Shown in pieces: positions 1 to 11,400 of a stretch of DNA of 64,000 nucleotides. This DNA is from Botryllus schlosseri (lineage: Eukaryota). A program made the position numbers and the translations under genes. A model generated the notes under the pieces. It saw only the letters and a list, made by a program, of their open reading frames with translations. It made no database searches and was not told the DNA's origin. The stretch lies in NCBI GenBank assembly GCA_051294905.1, contig CM119371.1:33792001-33856000 (forward strand), read 5' to 3'. Position 1 is the stretch's first letter, and each line of letters starts with the position of its first letter.

Positions 1-1733
1 TACCCCAAATTTACTAATACTTCAATTCATTAAGGTAGCGTACATGGTAAATGCCGGTAATGCAAGCCTTCTCGCTACGACAAACTTACGCGTAAGCTCT
101 ACTCTCTCACGCTGCGCACACACGTATATAATAACATACTGTCACTAAAATCTGACGTTTAAGCAAGTAGTGGGGAATCTCGGCAGACTGGGGCGGCAGG
201 CTACATTATCATGTAAGGCGGAAGACTGTCCGCGAGCCGCCCAGAATCCCGTCGCGGGCTGGATCAACTGGGAGAGTATGAAAATATAAAAGCATAGTGG
301 AGGAATGTTGCTATGGTTCAGTTCACCTGGATCAATACAGCTCAAGAATGCGTTTCAATGAAAAGATAGGAAGGTGTCGAAACTTCTTGGAGTAGTCTGT
401 GAAATCGGACACTCCCCTGGGCCTAGGTCACGTTAAGAGGAGGCATGCACACTGAATGAAAAGTAAAAGAAGATAATATAAACGTATATAGAAATTTCGC
501 GTTCCATGCATGCCATGCTCTGGCTGTGAGTGACACCAAGTCATTCAACAATTGTGTGGCCTGGTTTTACTCCGCCTCCATTGTTATGACAAAAACAAAT
601 TGCACACGAAAAAAGTTTTGCTTCGAGATCCCGTTGTTATCTCAGAGGTAGTATCTTGTTCTGTGGGCTGCACATGCTCACTGCTCTCCATAGCGAACCC
701 CTGGTATGGTTAAATTGAAAGGATATGCTATTTACGCTTAGATTACTCATCGACAATTGGCGTAGGCGTATGTTTAATCATATAGATGTGTAGGTAGGTT
801 GTGTATTGCAACATATCTATTTGTCTCAACTTACTGAGGTTTCGTATTATATCGTGTAGCCTATGTGGTACAGGGTTCGGGAACGTATGTCTCGCGAGCC
901 ATATATGGTTCTTTTGCGGATATGATATGGCTCTGTGATAAGTTGTCAATTTAGCAATTTTTAATCAACATTGCTGCAACTGATTTGTAATTTTTCATAA
1001 CGGCTCGAAATATTATTCCGGTGGTAGCTGAGTCTATATACCTATCTGAGGTCAAGATAGTGGGGTATTCATTTAGGGGCTCGGACCCCCTTTTTAAATT
1101 ATAAAATATATGTCAAATTTTACCTGGCGATAACTGTTCATTTATTATTCAATATAATAGTGCTTATATTTGCCGGCAACCCATATAGCCTACCTCGCAA
1201 ATTCGCTGTACCATACATTGCACGTCTTGGGATCTTGAATTGCACGATACGTTGATTGATCAGAGAGAAAATCGACAGCATCGAGAAGCCTGTGCTTGTG
1301 TATATCAGAATTGAGTAGTACAGTTAAGCAAATGTTATCAGTTTACAATAGTCTCCATCGCTGAAATTATTATCCTCGTTTGGAGGGACTGATTAAACCG
1401 TGCGTAACTGCTGGTAGAACAATTCAGGTACGGCTATCCTCGTGCCTGACTGCCCGGTGCAGCAATTCCTTGGAAAGCTGCTTGCTTTGCAAATAGCGTG
1501 TTACAGATGATTAGGCAGTAAATTGTTAACACATTTACTGTTGTGTGCGATTGCTGGTTTTGCAGCAAAATGTACATGTTATTATAAGTATAGTTACTAA
1601 GGCGGGGCGAGATCGAGTAGGCCTACCCGCGTGATTCGATTTTGAATTTTTGAATCGAATATTAAGCTTCGAATCGAGTTGAGTATTACTCATTATGATG
1701 TTATAGCAGCATTAATGACGTGGAGAGTTCAAC

Positions 1734-2359
1734 CATAGTGTCCTATATGGTGTCGACACAGGCAAATCTCACGCCTCAGTGAAATTGATTCACGTCACAA
1801 TTTCCATTTGGCTACAGGCAATTTGACGGTCATTTTTGACCGGCTTGCCGAGCATTCAATTGGGTAAAACGGGTATCAATCGAAAGATGACACTGCATTG
1901 ATTGCGAAAATATAAATTTTATTCCGCTCGTGGCCCTGGAACTCCCACAATCAGTCTCGAATTTTTCATTGTTATGGAGATTGGCATTGGGACGTAACAA
2001 TGCTGTCTGGCTCCTTTTCTCTTGAGCTACTCTCTCGTTTCGCAAGACAGCATTGTTGCGTCCTGAGCTACTCTTTCGTTTCGCCAGACAGCATTGTTGC
2101 GTCCCAATACCAATCTCCATAACAATGAAAAGTTCGAGGCTGATTGTGGGAGTTCCAGGGCCACGAGCAGAATAAAATTCATATTTTCGTAATCAGTGCA
2201 GAGTCATCTTTCGATTGATACCCGTTTTACCAAATTGAATGCTCGGCAAGCCGGTCAAAAATGACCGTCAAATTGCCTGTAGCCAAATGGAATTTGTGAC
2301 GTGAATCAATTTCACTGAGACGTGAGATTTCCTGTGTCGACACCATATAGGACACTATG
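1734..2359. mobile_element. Foldback MITE, possibly P superfamily
   Basis: ~260-bp inverted arms beginning CATAGTGTCC; 7-bp TSD GTTCAAC (1727-1733, 2360-2366). Confidence 0.8.
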
Positions 2360-2375
2360 GTTCAACTATGTGGGC

Positions 2376-4159
2376 CAGTGGTCGGGAACCTTTTTCGTCC
2401 GAAGAGCCATATTGACCCTATATTTTCCATTTGAACTCCAAACGAGCCATACATGTCAATCAACTATTACGTCACAATTTTCAGTTTTACAGTTAATACG
2501 TCTTCTGGTGTTGCATGACATTCCTGATGACTTCGTAGTCTGGTTGATAATAGTTGAGGGCTTCATACAAAATTTGAGACTTTCCTCGGTCATACGAGAT
2601 CGTAGGTTCTTGTGCTTATCTTAAATGCGAGAACCCATGATTCGTAGGTGGAGCCAAACACGGAGCCTATACCCACTGTAATGTGTGATGTGTCAGTGAC
2701 GTGGGGTCAGGGTAGGCAGGTGACACAGTGCCTCACCTATCTACTAGATTTTGAACATCTTTACTACCAAAATTACGCAACTTGCCTATTTATTGTTCGA
2801 AAATAAAGTGTGAATGAAGACTAGAGGTAAGGTATAGGTGAGGAACGGCCGGGCGATGCCTTACCACTTACCAGTGATAGCGCAATTCATCGTAAATATC
2901 ATAACATTTATAATAACTGGTATTAATCGAATGTTATTGTCGCACTGATTCTGATTTGACTTCTCAATTCTCAAAGTATTCGCGGGTAGCATAACGTTGC
3001 GCCACATGCCTGCATTTAAACAGCGACTACAAAGCTGCGTTATCAATCAAGAACGTGGATAGTAGGGCGGTTCAAAAATAACATTTTTTCCTTGATCTTG
3101 CGGGCTACATGATTAAATCGTCAGGTTACCTTAAAAAACGACGCACACCAAATTTGAATTCATTCCAACCAATATTCGCGGTTTACGTAGAGTTTGAAAA
3201 TTTTGAATTTGCCCAGAAACGCAAAAAATTTTTTTTTTCAAATTTTCCTGCTAACCCCATGAAATTGTTGGGCTGTCTTCAAAGACTATACAAAACAAAT
3301 TTGACTCAATTCTAAGCAGTAGAAGTGGAGTTATATCAGTTTTTCTTTGATAATTCTGGGATTATCCTTGATCGGTGGATAATCCAAGAATTTTCATCGA
3401 AAAACTGGAATAACTCCACTTCTACTGCTTAGAATTGAGTCAAATTTGTTTTGCATAGTCTTTGAAGACAGCCCAACAATTTCATGGGGTTAGCAGGAAA
3501 ATTTGAAAAAAAAAATTTTTTGCGTTTCTGGGCAAATTCAAAATTTTCAAACTCTACGTAAACCGCGAATATTGGTTGGAATGAATTCAAATTTGGTGTG
3601 CGTCGTTTTTTAAGGTAACCTGACGATTTAATCATGTAGCCCGCAAGATCAAGGAAAAAATGTTATTTTTGAACCGCCCTAGTGGATAGCTATGGCGTTG
3701 TTTGTGATTTGAGTTTGTAATTGTGAATGTCACTTCCGCGGTAGTTCATTTTGCGCCGCAGATCAGGAAGACAATGTGTATTTGAAAACTGCATTGTGAT
3801 ACAGGTGCTGCTACGTATCCTACTCTCGTTGATCAATCAACGTATCGCGCAATCCAAGATTTCGTGGCGGGTACATCAAATTCGCTAGTGATATTGGTCG
3901 CCTGCGCGACGGCAACTTAAATTTGAGCATTTTGAAAAGGGGGTCCGAGGTCTTAACCCCGAAAACGCCACTGTATTAACCTCTCAAAGACATGTTTATA
4001 TTGCCACAAGGAATGATTATGCTGGTCGTGCTGAAAATTCAATAACAAGTTGCTGCAATATAGATAAATTATGCACAAAAATAAAAATTTCGCAAAGAGT
4101 CATATTTTGTCCCCAAAAGAGCCATACATGGCTCCCGAGCCATAGGTTTCCGACCACTG
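2376..4159. mobile_element. hAT (Charlie/Buster-like) deletion derivative with nested inserts
   Basis: TIR CAGTGGTCGG; TSD ATGTGGGC/ATGTAGGC; frameshifted transposase C-terminus SVFGSTY..KNLRSRMTEESLKFCMK on - at ~2561-2670. Confidence 0.8.
3063..3681. mobile_element. Palindromic hAT-type MITE
   Basis: Near-perfect ~280-bp inverted arms starting TAGGGCGGTTCAAAAA; perfect TSD GTGGATAG. Confidence 0.92.
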
Positions 4160-4443
4160 ATGTAGGCCTACCTTTTACTCTTCAACAAAGAATGCAAAGC
4201 CAGTTTTACTTCACGTAACATATAATGTGGTGTATTTTGACAATGCCTATTCCATCGCACTTTGTGACAATGCGGCGGATTGATCATGACTTCGCGGAAA
4301 TGTCATTTGCACTGTCATGCGTAGCTTTGTGCTACATGATTCGCATGCAGACACACAACAAAACGAGGTTTGATCCCTACCACGGTGGAAAAGAGTATAT
4401 TGAAACTATAACGCGCGATGATAAATTAATGCATACTGGTAAA

Positions 4444-4965
4444 TAGGGTTGCGTTTAAATCAAAAATCAATTTAGAACAAACATATTTAAAACAAGGCCC
4501 TTGTCTGTAAAAATTGTTCACAAAGTCACACTTTTTTGCCACCTACATTTTGTTTGTATTGTAAATGTTTGCACTGTCGGCAAACTTATTATTTGACATT
4601 TACCGATTGTAGCCTACTATTTAGACCTACCGTTGGAGACATCCCATTGCCTGCTCATTGTGAATCATAAACGGATAGATAAAGGATAAAGGAAATAAAT
4701 AGTTGACATGGTGTTGCGCCCAACGCACCGCAATATCCGAACTGAAGCGAGACTGCGTAGGCATTGGTTCTTATATCAGGAAGCACCATGATGAAAAATT
4801 GTGATGTAGACAACATTGTCAGAATGAAGCAACACCGCAGCAGTGTACGCAACTTCAGTGTTGCCAGCCAACAACTGCTGCTGTTGAACGTTCTTTCTCC
4901 ATTCTTGACAAGCTATTAGTAAGGACAGATACTTGCTACCCGAGAATGTAGGAAAGTATGTTTCA
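4444..4965 (+). mobile_element. Truncated DNA transposon with hAT-like transposase C-terminal relic
   Basis: Left end TAGGGTTGC.TTTAAA shared with 38568-38963; LQCCQPTTAAVERSFSILDKLL at ~4853-4918. Confidence 0.6.
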
Positions 4966-5256
4966 TCGTACCAGAATTAATTTTAATTATTTTAACCATA
5001 ATGCGTGATGTAACTACTGGAATTTTTCATAGCATTTTCAGGCCAAACTACTTCGTAAGGACAGACAGTTTCAACCAGAAATGAAGATAAGTAGTACAGT
5101 TACAACTTTATGTGCAAAAACACCTAATTAACATACATGAGGTAGAAATTGTATCAAGATTAGGTTTTCTAAGGTCGAAATCCTCCGTTTTTTAGGTAAA
5201 TAAAATTCAATAACTGTATTTCTATCTTCCCAGGTTTTAGTTACGTAGAAATTGTC

Positions 5257-5420
5257 ATGTTTGAACCGTTCACCAGGACCCGTTATAGGCAATTTTCAAT
5301 CGCCAGTATTCTGACCGCTTTGATATTCTATTTACGGGCCACGCGGTTAACGAAAGACAACAAGGAAGATTTACGTATTGAAGCGGATGGAGGACATTTC
5401 GAAGTCCAAACTATATCGAG
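5257..5420 (+). CDS. GT32 gene coding exon 1 (cytoplasmic tail and signal anchor)
   Basis: Acceptor ttcccag ends at 5233, ATG at 5257, MFEPFTRTRYRQFSIASILTALIFYLRATR...; donor AG|gtaggt is phase 2, matching the next exon. Confidence 0.7.
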
Positions 5421-8400
5421 GTAGGTTGACGTCTATAGATTAGGTATACGGTCGTTGTTTCAATCGCCTAACAGCGACACTGCCTCCGATGGGAACTGCA
5501 ATGTGATTGCGCCATTTGGATGGTAATCTGACGCTCATGTAAAAGTTCGACACAGAAAGAGTAACGGCGTCTAGGCGCTACTTTTCTGCAGTACAAGGTG
5601 TCGTCCTAATTCTTGATTTGGATTTGAGGAGGGTTACCATATTTTGGGAATCTGAAGAGAAGACACTTTTCAAAATTTTCAGACACACAATGCTAAAATA
5701 GCTGGTTCGTGGTACAGAACTTGAATATAGCTTTCAATACAACATCCATTGAAACAGAATATTTAATAAACTCGAATGAGAGCTCTGGTGATTGCTACTT
5801 GGTAGAATCTAATACAGATTTCTCCACGGGCCGAATAAAATCGTCTGGCGGGCCTTGTCTGGTTCGCCGGGATTGTGTTTGACAGCCCTGCTATGCTGTT
5901 GGGTCGGTGCGGCTATGTGATTATCTGATTATGTGTTTTAATCTGGTCCGAAACAACATTTTTCTGCTCCCTTCCGCCCTAAAAAAGGACTGATATTGGG
6001 CCCACCATAGGGTAGTCGATTTAACTTCTTGGGCACTTACTATATGTATTTCGCTGTTACATTTTATGAATAAATTCTGTCAATAATATTGATTCTTCCA
6101 TATATTAGGCTACTATAAAATGCACCAGAAGGTTACACATCCGATGAATTCCAACCTTTAATGGTTGCGACCTCATTTCCATTTTGAAAACGTTCCGTGG
6201 CCCAGCTCAAAACTTGATAAGCTGATTACTAATAAATTTCAGCTTTCTCAAACTTACTCTGCTTACTGCTGATTATGTCCATCATCGTCGCGATCCCCAG
6301 ATAAAGGCAAACGACCCCAGGATTCGGAGCCACTGTCTGTGACTGAAGCATCTAATCGGCCTTATTCAACTATAGCAGAGGTCTCAAACTCAAATGTGCT
6401 CGCGGGCCAATTTCCTATTTTTCATGGTGCCGCGGGCCGCACCACCAATAATAGGAGAATTCAATGTATTTCAAAGTAGGCGTTATTTCCGGGTTTCGAG
6501 CATAGGTCTACTCCTGATAACTAGGCTATATTGACATGTCATTACGGAAGTCAAATAGAATCAGCGTTTCATTTGACCTTCGAATGTTGGAACAGTTCAA
6601 TAACAACTTGAACATAATGGATCTGTGCAATAACAATAGAAATGTGCAATCGCCGAAGTATCCGTTCGTTACAGCTAAAAGCGTAGGCTACGACTAGTTA
6701 ACACTCGCCACATTAAGGCGAAAAATTTTGATTTGAATAAAATAGTATTTACGGTGACCGATTCTTTGTTTATTTATTCTAGTTGTGCTCACCGTAAATA
6801 CTATTTTATTCAAATCAAAATTTTTCGACGGCAATAACTCCGCTTCCACTAGTTGGAATTGAACAAAATTTGGTGAGCATCGTTTCTATAGACAGCCTAA
6901 CACTTCCATGAGGTGAACAGAAAAGTTCAAAATTTTTTATTATTTATTTTTATATAATAAATAGAAACTTTCTTCTCCTGTAGCAAATCGGTTACTGGCT
7001 GGAATTGAACCAAATTTGGTGTGTAGGCTTAAATTAGGTAACCTAACAATTTTATCAAGTAGCCAGTACGATTTGAGAAAAAAAGTCATTTTTGAAGAGC
7101 CCTAATGCACAGATCACGTACTCATGCTATGCATATGCGCATATCATGCACGCATGTTATGCTTAAGAACAAATCGTGTGTATGTTGTGTATCAGTCGGT
7201 ATATATACCGCAAAACATCAATGACAGAAGAATACAGCGTCCTAAAACCATTTCCACTAGGGTTACCATACGTTTTTAGTCAACCAACGGAGAATGTGAA
7301 TGAAAAACTGTATTTGGGGAATTGATCCGGAAAGTTGTCCATTTATAGTCAACCAACCACAAAGTCGGCAAAAATTTGCCATTTTTTCCGAATTTTGCTC
7401 AATAATTCTAAGTCTGAAATCTTTAGTATTTTGCGATATCACAATATGGTGGGGGCCAACTTTTTCACTACCAAAAAAAAGAGGGGGGGGGGCGTGTCTA
7501 AAAAACTTTGAGAACCATTGGTCCAGGTCAGTGGTTCTTAGCCTTGGCTCCAGCGCCCCCAGGGGGAGATTTGGATTTTGAAGGGGACGGAAACGCTCAG
7601 GGGGCGAAACTGGGGTCGTTGGACTAAGAAAATATGATTAAATAGTAGAACAATAGCTCCATATATCATGAGTTCTCATTGCAAACTAACATTCGACAAA
7701 ATCTGTCAAATCACAACGTTTTTCGTTGCGCTCATCGCGAAATAACCACTGACCATGTTTCCATGATTGCAGTTGTCAAATTTAATTCATGCAAAATGAA
7801 TTTGGCGTAGTTTTGAAATGCCAATTCCCAGTTATAAAACTCCCGTCACGCTAGCTACTCCAAGTCGTTTCGACACCTTCCTATCCTTTCATTGTATCGC
7901 AGTTTTGTGCTGTTTTGAAATGATGAAAATATTAATAAAATGAGGCTTGTACTGATAGCTCGGGTTAGTTTCGACAAAATGTTTTGAAATAGGTCTTTTA
8001 TCCTGCAGCGCACTGTGTCGAAATCGAAAAGGCACTGTAGGCTATTGTACAACTTCTGAGAGTGATGCCCTTCGTACATTACAGAAGTTTTGAAACTTTT
8101 AGGCCGAAATAACTAAATATACTTGTATTTGAAAGTTCCCAAATTAAATCGTCATAATATTTCTTTATTGTATCTTAAAGGATGATAATGCTTAGTGTTG
8201 TTACCTCCATTCGTGGTAAAGTTAAGAGCTTGGTGGGGGACTAAATTTAATACGAGCAAATCTCTACCACATTCTCAGTTGATTTAGTAGTCACACCAAG
8301 CAATAAAACAAAACCCAATACAATTACCCTTCGCGTATTGCCAATCGCAAAGCAGAATTCGGGATGTGTATATTGATCTCAAACCAAATGCGATGAGCCC

Positions 8401-11400
8401 ATAAGCCTTAATCGATGGTTGTTACTACAACAACCTGGATTTGATAGCGCAACTTCAATTTTCTGGCACGGCGACAATTATCTGCAACGGCTATTTCAAC
8501 GTTTGTGTGACATTCGAGAAATAGTTTAGGATCACCAAATGCATCGTGAACCAAGGTTTAAATGAAAAGCATCGTTTAGGGCCGTGGTTCTAATCCTTTT
8601 ATTCCTGCGGCGCCCTTTTTCGAAAATTGCCTAGGTGACGCCCCCCCCCATATTTTATGGACGATAGAAAAAACAAGGGGTAAGAGTCCGGTCGCTCTTT
8701 TCCGGTTGGGACTTCACTATTGGAAACAGCTTGAATCGGAGGACCACTCGCCTATAATACAGTGGTTCTCAACCTGGGGTCCGCAAAGCATTTTCAGGGG
8801 GTTCGCGAAACCTCCAAATTTGCTAAATGGCTGATAACCTAATTTGTATGTTTTTTAATCATAGAAATCACGAGGCAGTTTCGTTTCATAATTGCTAAAA
8901 CTTCGGGACTCACATAAACAGAATTACGGTCCGAGACGCAATATCCCATTGCACGTGCAAACTAATTTAATTGCCAAATTGCCAATAGCCTACCGATATA
9001 AACACATTGCTGTTCAGAGATGTTTTGCTTGGTATGTGGAAAAGACTTGTTTGCAAAAATCTATTTTCTCCTGTGATATACTAAACCGCTATTCCCGAAT
9101 AATTTCAAAATGAGCTGCTAGATAAAAATAACTAGACTGGGCGTTATATGGCCGTTAAAAAACATGTTTCTCAATTGTGGTGCCATGTTTGTTGCGATCA
9201 TATCCCGGGGTTTCGTCGGAAGCGTCACTATCGGTACAATCGCCACCACCTATGTTTGTGGAAATGGATTTTCGGCATTCGTTCGAATTTGATCGACGGC
9301 CCGGATTTAAGACACGACCGTGCATTTCAAGAACTTTAGCTACAAAATTGACTTTGAAATAATAAAATCCTTAGCAAGTTCTACATAAATTGTATGCTGA
9401 TATTTCCAAGAAAACTCATTTTGTTGCTGTTTCTCACTACGACACAGTTAATAGTTGCAGAAGACAGATGCCTGCTGCACGAGAATAGAGCTGGATTTGA
9501 ACTAAATCTTGGGAGGATCCGTGGGGATACGTGACGGTCCAAAGGGGGCTGGCGAAGACATTAAGGTTGAGAAACACTGCTATAATAATTGTGTAGTAAT
9601 GTGACTGACGGTCCTAATATACGAGACGTGTAGTCCTCAAGCAGCCATGTATTCAGTGACGACCAAGCACCGAAGCACCTGCGATGTCGTCACACCCTAG
9701 TGGCGCCATAGAGCTACCATTACATCTCCCTTCTCAGGACAAGCACAAAAGCTTATAAGCAGCACAAACATATACAACGCACGCACAGAATGAAGACAAT
9801 AAACAATCCGAATTGAGGCAGTTAGCGGTACAAAGGTATGAAGGAATTGGCAGGCAAGGGTGATTGAAGAACACAACATATTTACACACACTACTCCTGT
9901 AACTACATCAGTACTCCTCGATGTATCTGCGAGGTGCGGTTCTGTTCCGATCCGACCGTCGGACTATCGCCGCCTCATGATGGTCATCGCGATCGACACT
10001 AGAAGCGCTCGAACTGCCATCTCCTCCCTGATCGGGAAATTTGAAGAATTCAGCTGCCTCACTGGCGGTAATGTCGACGCCTTATTGCGGGGCATTCTCC
10101 GTCTGGTATCTTCTCACCGTTCGGCGATTTCTTCTGAAGGTGCCACGCCCAGTTCTGATAACCAAGGATCTGGGTTGAGTGTCAGTGTCAAGTTTTCCAC
10201 AACACCCTGCGATTTGCAGTCCGGAATCCAGACGCGATCTCCCACCTTGAACTCATCTCCAGGTACTACTCTGTGTCTTTTGTTGTAATCACGAGTAACT
10301 CAGCGTCGGTAATCTGCTTCGGCTTTCTTCACGGCGGTTCGGTCGACAGACTTGGGCAGAAGATCGTCTGGATGACACGGAACTCTTGTTCTCAGTTTGC
10401 GGCCCATGCTCAATTCTGCCGGCGAGTAGCCTATAGCCAATGGCGTGTTGCGGTATGTGAGTAGCGCCAGATGTTCGTCGTCACATTTTCGCAGAAGGTT
10501 TTTGATGGTCTGAACGGCACGCTCAGCCTCCGAGTTACCCTGTGGATATCTAGGTGAGGACATGATATGTTCAATTTTCCAGCTTTCGCAAAATGACGCA
10601 AAGTCACGGGAAGAGAACATAGGTGCTCTATCTGTGACCAAAGTCTCGCAGATGCCGTGCCTACTGAAAATCTTCTTGAATTTCAGAACCGTTTCTGCTG
10701 CGTTCACTGTTTTGGAGACAATGCAAATCTCAATGTCCCTGGAGTAGTAGTCAACGGCTAGCAGGTACATGGAATTCTGGTATTGAAAGAAGTCGGCACC
10801 AACACGGGACCAGGGTCTCTCTGGGAAGGATGCTGACAGCATCGGTTCCACCTTTTCTCGCTGATGCTCCGTGCACTTTTCGCAATTTCTGACGGTTTCT
10901 TCAATGTCCTTAGAAATTCCAGGTCACCAGCATGACTGTGATGCATTGAGTCGGGACTTTGTCAACCCTTGGTGAGCATCATGAAGGTATTTTAGAACGT
11001 CTTGTCTCAGCGTACAGGGGATCACCAAGCGATTTCCTTTAAGCAGGAGTCCGTCATAAGCAGGCCGTGTTATTTTTGGCATATGCCAAAACTGCCAAAA
11101 ATAGCTTATTTTTGGCATTTTTCAATTTTTATTTTTGGCAGTTTTGGCATCGACCTCTAAATAGATATTTTCAGACTCGAATTAGTCATGAAAACGCTTT
11201 ATTTGGGTCAGTTTATCAAAAGAGACCAAAAAATGTTCAGCATCCACTAATAATCAGTACCAACAAACAATAATAAGAAGGAAAAACCTAGTGATTACAT
11301 AGGTTCATAATATCAAACGAAACCACAAAATGTGCAGTATCCATTCGGAATCGGTGCCAATAGGCAAAAAGAATGAGAAGCCTAACATACACGATAAACA

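Noticed and set aside
3109..3635. Twin 68-aa ORFs on opposite strands (and a relative at 31452-31634)
   Set aside because: They are by-products of the palindromic MITE arms and show no protein motifs.
9860..10288. 142-aa + strand ORF
   Set aside because: It is the antisense shadow of the integrase C-terminus.
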